Positions 51,316 to 61,630 of a DNA stretch of 64,000 nucleotides are shown in pieces (within the stretch, counting starts at the first letter, position 1; each line of letters begins with the position of its first letter). This DNA comes from a bacterium (GTDB lineage Bacteria; Patescibacteriota; Minisyncoccia; Minisyncoccales; GWA2-46-15): the NCBI GenBank assembly GCA_030693425.1, contig JAUYAM010000002.1, positions 320,632-384,631 on the forward strand, written 5' to 3'. The translations under genes were made by a program, and so were the position numbers. Under the pieces are notes generated by a model that saw nothing but the letters and a program-made list of their open reading frames with translations, searched no databases and was not told the DNA's origin.

Positions 51316-53091
51316 TTATATGCTCCAATTTAACATTAATAAAGCGAAATCATATTTATCGACTTTACCATTATTATTCAAATCAGAAATGTTTGTTCCT
51401 GTTTTACCCCAATTAGCCATCATTAAAGAGAAATCGTATTTGTTTACTTTACCATCATTGTTCATATCGCCAATACCGCTTATGCCACCTTCTTTTGCCG
51501 TAGTAAAGCTTTTATCAGTATAGGAACCTATGTTTCCAGTACTGTCTTTTGATTTAACTGAATAGTGATAAACAGTATCGGGAGAAAGATTACTCAAAAC
51601 TAGGGAGTGAGAGGTATTGTAAGTTGTCGTCTTTGCCTCTAAACCGTAGCTTGTGGATATACCGTAAACTATCCAAGAAATAGAGGGTTCATTTGTAGTC
51701 CATGTAATCCTTGCCTCATTTGCGCCTTTTGCTGCGCTTATATTACTAATTGTCGGAGCAGTATAGTCGCCTCCTCCTCCACCACCGCCACCACCGCCAC
51801 CACCGCCACCGCCGCCGCCAGATGGAACCACGGCCTGCGTATAAGTTACGAAGCTTGTGAAATGCTTGGTCCAAACGATCAAGTCAGAACTAATACTAAT
51901 TTTACAGTCTCCCTCGGCGGGCAGAGCATCGCCTGCGGCTTGCGTATTCGCAGAGCAAACTGTATTTATTTTTGTGAAAACGCCGCCCCTTGAATAACCA
52001 ATTTCCTTGCTCGCCTGACCGGAAAAAACAAGCCGCACGGCTTTATTGAAAGTTAATTTAGTATCGCCGTATCCAATTTCTATAACCGAGGAGACGGTGG
52101 CAGTATTCCCACTATCCGGCGTAACTGTAACCATAGAATTTGGTTTAACCTGCGGGACGTTAATGATTCCATTCCAAGTTGAAGTACCAGCCACTACTTG
52201 GATGCCAGCCGGAATTTCTACCTTCACGGGTCCGATAGTTGTAGAGGCGTTAATGATAATTGCACTTTGAATAATCGCCGTTACGCTAGTCGCGGTACTC
52301 GTTGTAAGCGCGTTTACGTTAATCGTTGCGTTGGTCACGCTTTCGGGAATTGTAATAACAGAACTAGAGGTATTATTGTCGCCTACTAAAATCTCTGGGG
52401 CGTTTGTGCTAACAATTATATTCTCGCCGAGTAATTGCGCAGAACTGGAAACAGGCAGTACATTAACTGTTCTGGCAACCTGAACAGCATGATTTCCCGC
52501 TGCATCTGAAACATTGTAAGTAATTGCGTAGGCTCCAATAGTTGTTGAGTTGACTGGATTTAGAATAACGATATTCGAGGTAATATTTCCGTTAACATTG
52601 TCCAAAGCAGTTGCTCCGGCATCAACATATATTGATCCTACGTATATATCCATGACGCTCATTCCCTGAAGAGTAATGACCGGAGGTGTAACGTCAGGCT
52701 GAACGGTAATAAAACTCAAATCTTTTTGAACGATAGCCCCTGATACGAAATTAGCGTATTTAATTTCCGGACTACCAGCCAAGGCCTCGCTAGCCCCCGA
52801 AAGCAAGTATTTAAAAAGAATATCGCCGTCACAATTTGATACTAATAATTTATTTTTTGTGGCTTCATTGTAACCATATGTCCCACTCTCTATCATAGTT
52901 ATCTCTCCAATTAGATTGTTACCGCAATAAGCCCTAATTTCAGTTCCGGCGGGCAAGGGAAGATTATTTAAAGTGACATCACCCCAAAAAGCCATCGGAA
53001 AAGATGGAAAACTGGTCTCAGCCAAAGATAAGGTTGGTAACAACCAAAATCCTAATGCAAGAATTGATAATTTTATTAGTTTTAATTTCAT
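51316..53091 (-). CDS. Secreted multidomain protein: DUF5011/Ig-like - poly-Gly linker - FN3 - type-I dockerin
   Basis: DUF5011-type segment: PPVITLQGMSVMDIYVGSIYVDAGATALDNVNGNITSN...GAYAITYNVSDAAGNHAVQVARTVNV. A 17-Gly run follows. FN3-like segment: ITWTTNEPSISWIVYGISTSY...DTVYHYSVKSKD. Dockerin duplicate: GDMNNDGKVNKYDFSLMMANW / DLNNNGKVDKYDFALLMLNW. Confidence 0.75.
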   Translation of the reverse strand: MKLKLIKLSILALGFWLLPTLSLAETSFPSFPMAFWGDVTLNNLPLPAGTEIRAYCGNNLIGEITMIESGTYGYNEATKNKLLVSNCDGDILFKYLLSGASEALAGSPEIKYANFVSGAIVQKDLSFITVQPDVTPPVITLQGMSVMDIYVGSIYVDAGATALDNVNGNITSNIVILNPVNSTTIGAYAITYNVSDAAGNHAVQVARTVNVLPVSSSAQLLGENIIVSTNAPEILVGDNNTSSSVITIPESVTNATINVNALTTSTATSVTAIIQSAIIINASTTIGPVKVEIPAGIQVVAGTSTWNGIINVPQVKPNSMVTVTPDSGNTATVSSVIEIGYGDTKLTFNKAVRLVFSGQASKEIGYSRGGVFTKINTVCSANTQAAGDALPAEGDCKISISSDLIVWTKHFTSFVTYTQAVVPSGGGGGGGGGGGGGGGGGDYTAPTISNISAAKGANEARITWTTNEPSISWIVYGISTSYGLEAKTTTYNTSHSLVLSNLSPDTVYHYSVKSKDSTGNIGSYTDKSFTTAKEGGISGIGDMNNDGKVNKYDFSLMMANWGKTGTNISDLNNNGKVDKYDFALLMLNWSI

Positions 53092-53118
53092 ATCTATAAA
53101 TCCCAATGGATTAGAGAG

Positions 53119-56100
53119 CTACTTACTGAGCGTCAAAGTTGAGAGCGGGAAGCTCGGAACTTTGTAGTCGTCTGACCAGTCAGAAGTTGTCACCGCGTGG
53201 CTGGCAGCTGATCTGTCAGACCAGGCAAATGACTTGGTAACGGTTGTACCTGTAGTGCCGCTGTCCGCAGCGTTGGCAGTACCGAAGGCTAGAAGATAGG
53301 TGGTAGTTGCCACCGATGAAGCCAAATCAGGCACTCTTACTAGAACCGCGTCACCAGTGTAGCCGCCGTAAGCCAGATCACCTCTTAATTCATAGGTGTT
53401 GGTTGTTCCGTAGGCTATCACTTCTTCGTTGGTAGCGACAAAAACAGCGTAAGTTCCGCCATTGGCATCAGTATCGGTCCTGAAGTGCCAGGCTCCGGCA
53501 ACTTGAGTGTTGGTCGCTGAATTGTAAACCTTCATTGAAGATTCATCAATCAGTTTGGTGTCAGGATTGGTGGCAGCACCAGCAACAATCATGTATATGC
53601 CATCGTAAACTGGCGTGGTTGTGTCATCCGTACCGATAGTCCTAACAGTAGTAGCGTCAGTGTGAATGGAACCAGAGAAGTGGAACATCATTGCTTTCCA
53701 GCCGATATTGCCGATTGCGTCAGCAGAAACAGTCCACTTGTAGAGCGTCTTTGTGCCAGAACTCAACAGAGTTGAAGGCAGAGAAGAAGCAGCTAAAGTA
53801 GGAACTGATTGTCTAAAGATCTGCTCGCTGCCGCAAAGGTCTGTTCCGCCGGCAACGCTGATAGAGCCCTTGGACTCGGCTCCTTCAGCCGTGATGTAGT
53901 AGTTCGTGGTTCCGTCTGAATCAACGCAGAGCTTTGGAGCGTCTCCGCTTGAAGCGCCGCTAGTAGATCCAATGCCTGCCAAGTTTCCAACAAGAGTCAA
54001 AACCTTGGTCGCGTTCTTAGGCACTCTCACATAAGCTCCTGGAAGGAAATTGAATGTGACTGTGCCGCCGGAAAGGTATCCGGTTGAATCGACCTGGGTT
54101 GTCCCGTCGTAAATCTTGACAGCGGAAAAGTCTCCGTCTGCACCGCCTGACCTAATAACTATGATTGACTTTATATCAACTGCTTCGTAAACAGCCGTAA
54201 ACAAGAGTTTAGTGAAGTTTACCGCAGTCTTGCCCTGTCCTTCGGCTCCGACTGCCTGAGTGGCAATGATCGGAGTGTCAGGATTGGTTGTTAAAGTCAA
54301 TGATCCGGCTGTCGTCAGAGTCACCTCGTATTCTCCAGCACCAGTAACAGCGTAGTTAACGCCAGTCGTTGGGCTAAGAGTCGCGGTCGGGTTGGTATTT
54401 GAAGTCAATCCAGTCACGGTCACACTGCCGGCCACGTCGATACCTAAGGCATTAATATGCCCGCTGGTAGCGGTGGAAGGCACATCCGCTTTCGCGTAAA
54501 TGACCACCTGTTGACCCTTGGCAATGTCAATGCCCAGGGAGTTCAGGAAGTCCGAAGCCGAGAAAGTAACCGTGGCTGAACTCAAGGACTTGTAAGCGGT
54601 CAGTCTGGTGCCTGCCGAGTCATAATAAAGGGCGAGGTTGGACAGATCCGCGTCCGCACCCGTGCCCGAAGACGTTCTCGTCAGCTTGATCGAGCTAACC
54701 CGGATATCTTCGGCCGAGCCGGCCGTCAAAACGAAACCAGCATAGGTTACGCCAGTAGCGTTAAGAATGGCCGTCTGATCAGCCGGGCTGGAAGCGATGG
54801 AAACAGTCAAACTGCCCGTACCCACGACCATCAGATTGCCGAGAGCCGAACCGGTTTCGGTAATATCAGCTGTGGAATAAACGCCGGTAGAAGTGATGTC
54901 CGTAGTCACAGTCGCTGCCGCTACGTCAAAGTGGACACCGTTAGTGCCCAGAGCCGTTGTCGTCGGAATATCGGCCACCACGGTTAAGGTGGCGGTATTG
55001 CCGGCCGACACGGTTAAGCTGCCCGAGAACGACTCGGTTGTGCTGGGAGCAGCGACAGTTGAACCGAATTGAGTGCCGTCTTCCTTTAACAGCTTGACAT
55101 TGGTAACGTCGCCCGAAGCCGTGGCTGTGCTCGTGCCCGAAGCGGCGTAAGACTTGACGGTCACGGCGGAGATCAAAATATCTTCGCCCGTGCCAGCAGT
55201 AAAGTTGATTTTCGTGAACACTTTAGCGATCGCGCCTTTAATATAGGTTTGAGCTGCCGGCGTGGTTGACGCCAAAGAAACTGCTAAAGTTCCATAACCT
55301 ACGATAGTGTGACCGTTGCCAGTTGGCGTCGGGCTGCCGAGAGTCACTGAACCAGACGGTAAATCATACTGAGAAGTAAGGCCATCTGCTTTCAGATCAG
55401 CTGCGGCATTGACTTTCAAGCCAATTCGGCTGGCTCCAGCGGTTGCCCCTGACGGAATGTCAGCTTTGGCTGAAATCACTTTGTTGGTAGAAGCCGCCAT
55501 ATCAAACAAGCCACCGCTTGAATCCCAGCCAATGGTGTTTGAACCGAATTTTACGGTTGAACCAACCATAGATCCTGAAGCAATCAGGGTTGAACCATCG
55601 TATAAGTTGATATTGGAAATATCAGTCGCGGTTCCGTTAGTGCTTGCCTGGGTAAGAGTCAATTCAGTCACTCTTACGCCTTCTGTTGAACCAGTAGAGA
55701 ATTTGAAAGCTGCAATCAAACGGCTGGTTGTCCCCAAGACATAACTCTGGACTGCCGGGTTAGTAGCAGAGTCCAAAGCAATATTTAAAGTTCCGGCTGC
55801 AGTAATGGCATTAACAGTTAATGTATTGCTAATTGGTAAGCCAGTTATAATGATATCGTGGTTTAGGGTTGCATTTTCTAATGTAAATTTATGAGTTCTT
55901 CCTCCAACGGCCGTGGAATTGACATCAGCCACTAATTTTATTCTTTTGGCTCCTGAGGAAAGGTTTGTTATCAAGTTCGAAAAAATGATTTTATTGTTCT
56001 CGTTGATGGAAGCCGCTGATCCTAATAAAGCATTGCTGTCCGTATCGTATAATCTAAAGTTGCTAATGTTGTTTTTATCTCCCGTTCCGTCATGCAAAAA

Positions 56101-59100
56101 TGTTAATGAGTTGGTATTGACATCGTATAGAGAATCGACTTGAAAATTAAATAATGTTTGGTTCTCGGGACCCGCATTTATCGTACTAGGATTAGTGCCA
56201 CTGGTTGAGAATTTAAAACCATCGTTTATGTTTTGTGAACCGTGATAATCATCGGTTGTTTCTGTAACAAAAACGCCGTAACCCTTTAGTTCTCTAAAAT
56301 CATTTAAATTATCAGCTTCCGAAGCTACTTTTACGCTCCAGGTATCTCCAATCTTTACAGAATCCAGGCTTGATTGATCGGCAGTAAAATCAATTACTTG
56401 CGAGACTGAATCAACAACAGAACTAAAAATTTTACTAATATTATTAGTATCAATATTTGCAGCGCCTTTTTGTAAAGCGTAATCAGGAGAAGCTACGCCA
56501 ATGGCGTTCCACCCGCCATTGAGAATCCTTTGAAATAATCTTTGTCCTGGCGATAGATTAAAATCATATTTCAGTTTCAGGATCTGGACTTGATTGGTTT
56601 TATTATTAATAAAATAAGCAAAGAGGGGTTGGAATTCGCTTTGACCGGCTTCCTGCATTGTCTGCCAGCCAGAAACGGAATTGGGGTTTAATAAATAAAT
56701 ACCAAGGTTGTCTGAAGTCTCAGCAACAGAGAATTCATGACTCGACAAAACCCTTGGGGTTGAGACGATATTCCATCCCGGCTCTAAATTGATAACTTGA
56801 TACGGTGCTTGGGGAATATCCGCATTTACAGTCACTGTATAAGTGATTACCGTTGTTCCGTCTTGGGCCGTGACCACTAATGTGTTGCCGGTTACTACCG
56901 TATCGGCTATGCCCGCATCAATCCACGTTTGATGAATCTCGCCTTTGATTAGAGTAGCTAAGAAAGTAGCTTTGGTCGTTCCAAACGATACATTGGTAAT
57001 AGTTTCAGTGGCTGTTCCGCCTAAGCTTACTGTATAAGTTGCAGAGTTTATTGTCGCTACTGTACTTGCTGGCAATTTTAATACTGTTAATGAAAATGAT
57101 TTTGTATCAGATACGACGCCTTTGGCTAGAGCGGCTGTTAGAGTTACGACTGCATTTCCGCTTGCAAAAGCCGGCCTGCTGATTGTTTGTCCATCGTTTG
57201 AAACAACGGTTGGATTGCTTGATAACCAAGAGATTGTTGACCCACTAGCTCCAAGTGATGGCAACGGGTTCGTAAGGGCTACTGTAATACTTGATAAATC
57301 AGGATTTGCTCCTTTGATGGAATCATCTACTAATGCTGCTTTATCAGCGGCTACGGCAGCAATGTCGGGATTAGCGATTACATTAACTGTTCTGGTTATT
57401 TCTTCTGCCGGATTGCCAGCAGCATCTGAAACATTGTAAGTTATGATGTAAGTTCCTGGAGTGCTGGTGTCTACGGTGTTACCTCCAATAATAATAGAAT
57501 TTGTTAAGTCGCCTTCAATGTCATCAATGGCTGTCGCCCCCAGTTCATCGTAAGAATCACCCACAGTAAGGTTTATTGTTTCATCGCCGTCTAGGTTGAT
57601 CTCTGGCGGGGTTGTGTCAATTGTAAAAGCTGAAACATTTAATGGTACGCTTTCATTACTAGCTGTATCAGTAACGGTTATTGTGCAGTCACTATATAGA
57701 TCATCATCTAATTCATTAAAACTGATTGTGTTGTTGCCTGCTATAGCTGTGATAATTGAACTGGAACAGGAACCATCATAAGTAATAGTCCCTGCTTCAT
57801 CTGAACTGAACGTATAATCAGGAGTATTGTCATTGGTCGGAGTTGAGACAGACGTGACTTCGGCCAATGTTGGTGCTGTCTGATCGTCAAAATCAAGTTC
57901 AGCAGTTGCAAATGGTTCGTAAATAACTTTGCCCAAAGAAATATCATCATAATAATCATATATTTTATTTGATATTGATACATTATCCGTTATACCCCAA
58001 TAATTATTAATTGCATCAATATTGGCAGAACTATCATCCATCCTTAAATTATAATTCGTGTTTCCATAGATATTATTGTTCGATATGTCAACCAGACCAT
58101 AACTATTATATTTATATATATATATCCCAACATTATTATTATTTATTATATCGTTTTCTTCAATAATATTGCCGGAACCGGATCCTCCATAATAATCAAT
58201 ACCTGCAAAACTATTATGAGACATAATATTGTTTTTTATTATGTTGTTTGCTCCATATAATTTGATCCCGCAAGCATTATACGTAAATGAGTTGTTCTGC
58301 ACTATATTATTATTTGAATTAGATATTATAAAACCATTTATTCCGTTATTGGTAATAGTATTGTCTTTTACAATATTCTGACTTGAATATATTTCTACTA
58401 TGCCATTACCGCAATCCCCAGGAAAAGCTAAATAGTTATTCTTTATTATATTATTTGTTATCTTACTACGAGCACCAAGTATATACACAGCCTTATAATA
58501 GTTATCTTCAATAATATTATTATCTATAAATAAAGATGTGCTATCAGAATAGATAGCCCAGGGTGAAGAACCAGAATACCCAGAATAATTTATATTGCAA
58601 TATCTAAAAATACTTCCTTCAACATAGTTGTTGTCTGCGTCAAAAATGGCATCAGTTGCGGTGTTAAAAAACTTTATTCCAATCCAATCTCCCGCTTTTG
58701 GTGTTGATAAATTGGAAGTAAAAATAATAATATTATCGATAGTTCCTGAAGCAATTAATTCACCGCCAATATTTAAACCAGTATTTGTGTTAAATTTTAC
58801 AGTAACCCCAGGCTCAATAGTTAGTGTGGCCCCTTCTAAAACTTGAACGGTGCCCGTAACAATATAAGGACTATTGGCCAGTGTCCAAGTCGTATCTTCG
58901 GTTATATTGCCAGAGACGGTATTAGCGGCAACGGTAACAGTCACAACATAAGCTTGGGTAGAAGAATCAGCAGCAGTAACGGTATAAGTTACTGGACTCG
59001 TGAAATCTTGAGCTGCGCCGGAAATCGGACTTACTGAAGCTCCTGTAATTGTGATTATTGGGACAAGGGCAGTGACATTGGTTCCGAATGGAACGGTGAT

Positions 59101-61284
59101 TGCGATTGTATGATCAGCTTCGTTAATGACACCCGTGGTTGCTGGGGTGGCGAAACTAAAAGCAGTGATTGCTTTGGCGGGGTTAGCGGCTTGGAGGGCT
59201 TTTTGCGCATTGATTCTTTTACCTGTTACGGTTTTACCAGATAAAGACGTTAAACTGTCGCCCGTTGTTAAAATTGTATTTTTTACTTGTGATGATGTGA
59301 GACCAGGGTTATATCCTCCTATCAACGCCGCGAGACCTGCAACATGTGGCGCAGCCATGGAAGTACCATTCAGATAACCGTACTGCTCATCTGAACCATC
59401 GCTATATTTGGTAATTCTTATGTCATCAACCGAACAACCATCTCCGTTGCCAGTATCCGCGTTCCCATTTGCTACCCATCTGAATCTAAATTTAAAATTG
59501 CTAGTTGAATATTGACTTGGAATACTCAAGTTTTCAAAATGATATGCTGCACTGCCAGAAGGGTTCGTATTCGAATCTATCGAAGGCTCGTTCCACTTTA
59601 ACATCTCAGTAAAAGTGCTTCCACCATCATTACTAAATTCCAACGCCATATAGTCAGTCCAACTGGTTATACTATATTCTGTATCGCATCTGGTCCAAAA
59701 ATCTATATTCGCCCCACCCGCACTTAAATTATATGCTGGCGAGGTAATGGTAGAATTAGCTGTCCGTGCATAGGGTATGTTCTTTACATCACCATATAAT
59801 ACTTTGCCCCAAACAGTACCGCTATCTAACGGATATGTTCCCCAATCTCCAGTAGGCAAAAGATAGGCTGGCACGGCGGGTGGCGTTACTCCTTCAAAGT
59901 TTTCAAATAAGACGGTTGTTTCTTGGGGAACAGTACTATAAATATTCGTCCCCGGAGCACCAACATCAACAGAAGTTGCACCATAATCTGAAAATGTAGT
60001 CAAGGCATCGTTTTGATCCGTAGCGGCAACGCAAATAATGTTATTAGCCATATGGTCACACGGATAAGAATGCAAAGTTTGACCATTGTCATGGTTGTCT
60101 CCACCATCATCAGTATCTCCATCACCGTTTCCAGCAGCTGTAATAAATAACCCAGGGAAAGATTCGATTGCACTCATCATAGCCGAATCTCTATAATCAC
60201 CACTTCCTCCACACACGGCGTGAGTTCCGCCTTGGTCAGAACCATAACACAACCAACTCGCATTTATAATCTTGGCTCCGTTTTGTCTGGCGAAATTTAT
60301 ACTTTTTACGTTATCAGTAGTAGTAAGAGAAGATTTTAATGCCATTATCTTTGTATTTGGAGCTACTCCGATAATGCCTTTGCTGTTATTTTTGGCCGCA
60401 GCTATCGTTCCAGCGATATGAGTGCCGTGAGACGAGGTAGTGGGCAACGGCGTATTGTCGCCATCTTCATAGTCATAACCGTGGTTACAACCTCCTGCTA
60501 TAGTAATGCCATTTTCATCTTTACAGCTTGTCCCATCCCACATATTCGCAGCCAAATCAGGATGATTATAAGCAATACCGCTATCAATCACAGCCACTAT
60601 AACAGAAGCATTTATGCCTTCATTTATTGTCCAAGCCTCGGGCGCATCAATATCAGCGTCAGCTAATCCAGTATGAACAGGATATGTCCCACCTACTGTC
60701 TGGCCTGTATTATCTAATCCCCATAGAATGACCCTGCTTGTATCGTTCGTGTTAATATCTGCAGGATAATATTGAAAATTCGGTTGAGCATACTCAACGT
60801 TAGGATCGTTTTTTAACTCGGCTATTTTCTGCTCAACTGTTTTAGCATCCTTAATTCTTAAAACTGAGACATTTATCTTTCTTAAATCTTCTTTTTTCTC
60901 CAACGATTTAGAACGAATAAAATTCAAAGCTGCGGCCCTACCAAAAGAAGTATTCAAATTAATCTTATTATTTTTATACTTTACTAAAATCTCACCTTCT
61001 ACATAATCTTTTTTCTTTCCTTCTGCTTGTTGAGACTTTTCTAACCCAATCTTTTCTTTTTTGGTTATCGACAAGTCCGAAGATAAACTTTTAACCTCTT
61101 TGGGTGAAAAGCTTATTTTATTAAAAGCCGTTCCGCCACTATCAAGTGGAGTTTCGGTCCTGACCCGCTCAAAGTTAACATCATTCTTTTCAACAGCTAA
61201 AACGGGCAAATTAAAGTTGCCTAGAATAACAAAAATAGTTAAACAGACCGAAAGAAACGAACTAAGCTTTTTAAATTTTTTCAT
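53119..61284 (-). CDS. Giant (2721 aa) secreted subtilisin-family (S8) protease with beta-helix, DUF5011 and many Ig-like repeats
   Basis: Signal peptide. S8 triad motifs VAVIDSGIAYNHPDL (Asp), SHGTHIAGTIAAA (His) and GTSMAAPHVAGLAALI (Ser). Parallel beta-helix repeats (NNIIKNN..., ITNNGINGFIISNSNNNIVQNN). DUF5011 segment (GATAIDDIEGDLT...TYNVSDAAGNPAEEITRTVNV). The C-terminal half has repeated modules of about 100 aa with the (I/V/L)SN(I/L)xLYDxxG pattern. Confidence 0.85.
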   Translation of the reverse strand: MKKFKKLSSFLSVCLTIFVILGNFNLPVLAVEKNDVNFERVRTETPLDSGGTAFNKISFSPKEVKSLSSDLSITKKEKIGLEKSQQAEGKKKDYVEGEILVKYKNNKINLNTSFGRAAALNFIRSKSLEKKEDLRKINVSVLRIKDAKTVEQKIAELKNDPNVEYAQPNFQYYPADINTNDTSRVILWGLDNTGQTVGGTYPVHTGLADADIDAPEAWTINEGINASVIVAVIDSGIAYNHPDLAANMWDGTSCKDENGITIAGGCNHGYDYEDGDNTPLPTTSSHGTHIAGTIAAAKNNSKGIIGVAPNTKIMALKSSLTTTDNVKSINFARQNGAKIINASWLCYGSDQGGTHAVCGGSGDYRDSAMMSAIESFPGLFITAAGNGDGDTDDGGDNHDNGQTLHSYPCDHMANNIICVAATDQNDALTTFSDYGATSVDVGAPGTNIYSTVPQETTVLFENFEGVTPPAVPAYLLPTGDWGTYPLDSGTVWGKVLYGDVKNIPYARTANSTITSPAYNLSAGGANIDFWTRCDTEYSITSWTDYMALEFSNDGGSTFTEMLKWNEPSIDSNTNPSGSAAYHFENLSIPSQYSTSNFKFRFRWVANGNADTGNGDGCSVDDIRITKYSDGSDEQYGYLNGTSMAAPHVAGLAALIGGYNPGLTSSQVKNTILTTGDSLTSLSGKTVTGKRINAQKALQAANPAKAITAFSFATPATTGVINEADHTIAITVPFGTNVTALVPIITITGASVSPISGAAQDFTSPVTYTVTAADSSTQAYVVTVTVAANTVSGNITEDTTWTLANSPYIVTGTVQVLEGATLTIEPGVTVKFNTNTGLNIGGELIASGTIDNIIIFTSNLSTPKAGDWIGIKFFNTATDAIFDADNNYVEGSIFRYCNINYSGYSGSSPWAIYSDSTSLFIDNNIIEDNYYKAVYILGARSKITNNIIKNNYLAFPGDCGNGIVEIYSSQNIVKDNTITNNGINGFIISNSNNNIVQNNSFTYNACGIKLYGANNIIKNNIMSHNSFAGIDYYGGSGSGNIIEENDIINNNNVGIYIYKYNSYGLVDISNNNIYGNTNYNLRMDDSSANIDAINNYWGITDNVSISNKIYDYYDDISLGKVIYEPFATAELDFDDQTAPTLAEVTSVSTPTNDNTPDYTFSSDEAGTITYDGSCSSSIITAIAGNNTISFNELDDDLYSDCTITVTDTASNESVPLNVSAFTIDTTPPEINLDGDETINLTVGDSYDELGATAIDDIEGDLTNSIIIGGNTVDTSTPGTYIITYNVSDAAGNPAEEITRTVNVIANPDIAAVAADKAALVDDSIKGANPDLSSITVALTNPLPSLGASGSTISWLSSNPTVVSNDGQTISRPAFASGNAVVTLTAALAKGVVSDTKSFSLTVLKLPASTVATINSATYTVSLGGTATETITNVSFGTTKATFLATLIKGEIHQTWIDAGIADTVVTGNTLVVTAQDGTTVITYTVTVNADIPQAPYQVINLEPGWNIVSTPRVLSSHEFSVAETSDNLGIYLLNPNSVSGWQTMQEAGQSEFQPLFAYFINNKTNQVQILKLKYDFNLSPGQRLFQRILNGGWNAIGVASPDYALQKGAANIDTNNISKIFSSVVDSVSQVIDFTADQSSLDSVKIGDTWSVKVASEADNLNDFRELKGYGVFVTETTDDYHGSQNINDGFKFSTSGTNPSTINAGPENQTLFNFQVDSLYDVNTNSLTFLHDGTGDKNNISNFRLYDTDSNALLGSAASINENNKIIFSNLITNLSSGAKRIKLVADVNSTAVGGRTHKFTLENATLNHDIIITGLPISNTLTVNAITAAGTLNIALDSATNPAVQSYVLGTTSRLIAAFKFSTGSTEGVRVTELTLTQASTNGTATDISNINLYDGSTLIASGSMVGSTVKFGSNTIGWDSSGGLFDMAASTNKVISAKADIPSGATAGASRIGLKVNAAADLKADGLTSQYDLPSGSVTLGSPTPTGNGHTIVGYGTLAVSLASTTPAAQTYIKGAIAKVFTKINFTAGTGEDILISAVTVKSYAASGTSTATASGDVTNVKLLKEDGTQFGSTVAAPSTTESFSGSLTVSAGNTATLTVVADIPTTTALGTNGVHFDVAAATVTTDITSTGVYSTADITETGSALGNLMVVGTGSLTVSIASSPADQTAILNATGVTYAGFVLTAGSAEDIRVSSIKLTRTSSGTGADADLSNLALYYDSAGTRLTAYKSLSSATVTFSASDFLNSLGIDIAKGQQVVIYAKADVPSTATSGHINALGIDVAGSVTVTGLTSNTNPTATLSPTTGVNYAVTGAGEYEVTLTTAGSLTLTTNPDTPIIATQAVGAEGQGKTAVNFTKLLFTAVYEAVDIKSIIVIRSGGADGDFSAVKIYDGTTQVDSTGYLSGGTVTFNFLPGAYVRVPKNATKVLTLVGNLAGIGSTSGASSGDAPKLCVDSDGTTNYYITAEGAESKGSISVAGGTDLCGSEQIFRQSVPTLAASSLPSTLLSSGTKTLYKWTVSADAIGNIGWKAMMFHFSGSIHTDATTVRTIGTDDTTTPVYDGIYMIVAGAATNPDTKLIDESSMKVYNSATNTQVAGAWHFRTDTDANGGTYAVFVATNEEVIAYGTTNTYELRGDLAYGGYTGDAVLVRVPDLASSVATTTYLLAFGTANAADSGTTGTTVTKSFAWSDRSAASHAVTTSDWSDDYKVPSFPLSTLTLSK

Positions 61285-61334
61285 AGTAATAATCGCTGAT
61301 AATCTACGACAAAATAGGTAAACCTTGATTTTTA

Positions 61335-61363
61335 GTAATACATCATTTTCACAAGATTGTCAA
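61335..61363 (-). promoter_or_regulatory. Sigma70-type promoter of the giant protease gene
   Basis: Minus strand has TTGACA (61363-61358), a 17-nt spacer, then TATTAC (61340-61335), about 50 nt upstream of ATG 61284. Confidence 0.55.
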
Positions 61364-61392
61364 CCCTTCATTTTTCGTTGGCAGGAAACATA

Positions 61393-61486
61393 AAGCTCCT
61401 AGCCAGCGATCTCTTGCGAGACCCGTACACCTTTCAGTATACGACCTTTCACAGTGCTCTGACTAGGAGCTTAATACTGTGAAAGG
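61393..61486. other. Interleaved inverted repeats (pseudoknot or alternative-hairpin topology) at the boundary of the plus-strand block
   Basis: S1 pairs aagctcctagccag (61393-61406) with ctgactaggagctt (61459-61472), matching 13 of 14. S2 pairs cctttcacagt (61445-61455) with actgtgaaagg (61476-61486), matching 11 of 11. The order is S1-5', S2-5', S1-3', S2-3'. Confidence 0.6.
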
Positions 61487-61630
61487 TTTTACGCCATGCC
61501 TATAGTTGAATATGGGTTTAGGCGATATATTCAGTTGTCGATTTCAGATTAGTCCTATTTTAAGGAAAGGGCAAGGCTGAAATAAGGGTTGAAAAATGAC
61601 TTAAAAAGTGGTAAAAAGAAGGAAATTACA

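Noticed and set aside
53119-61284. Diversity-generating retroelement or retron associated with the giant surface protein
   Set aside because: No reverse transcriptase ORF (no YxDD motif protein) lies in the window. No template/variable repeat pair was noticed at the gene's 3' end.
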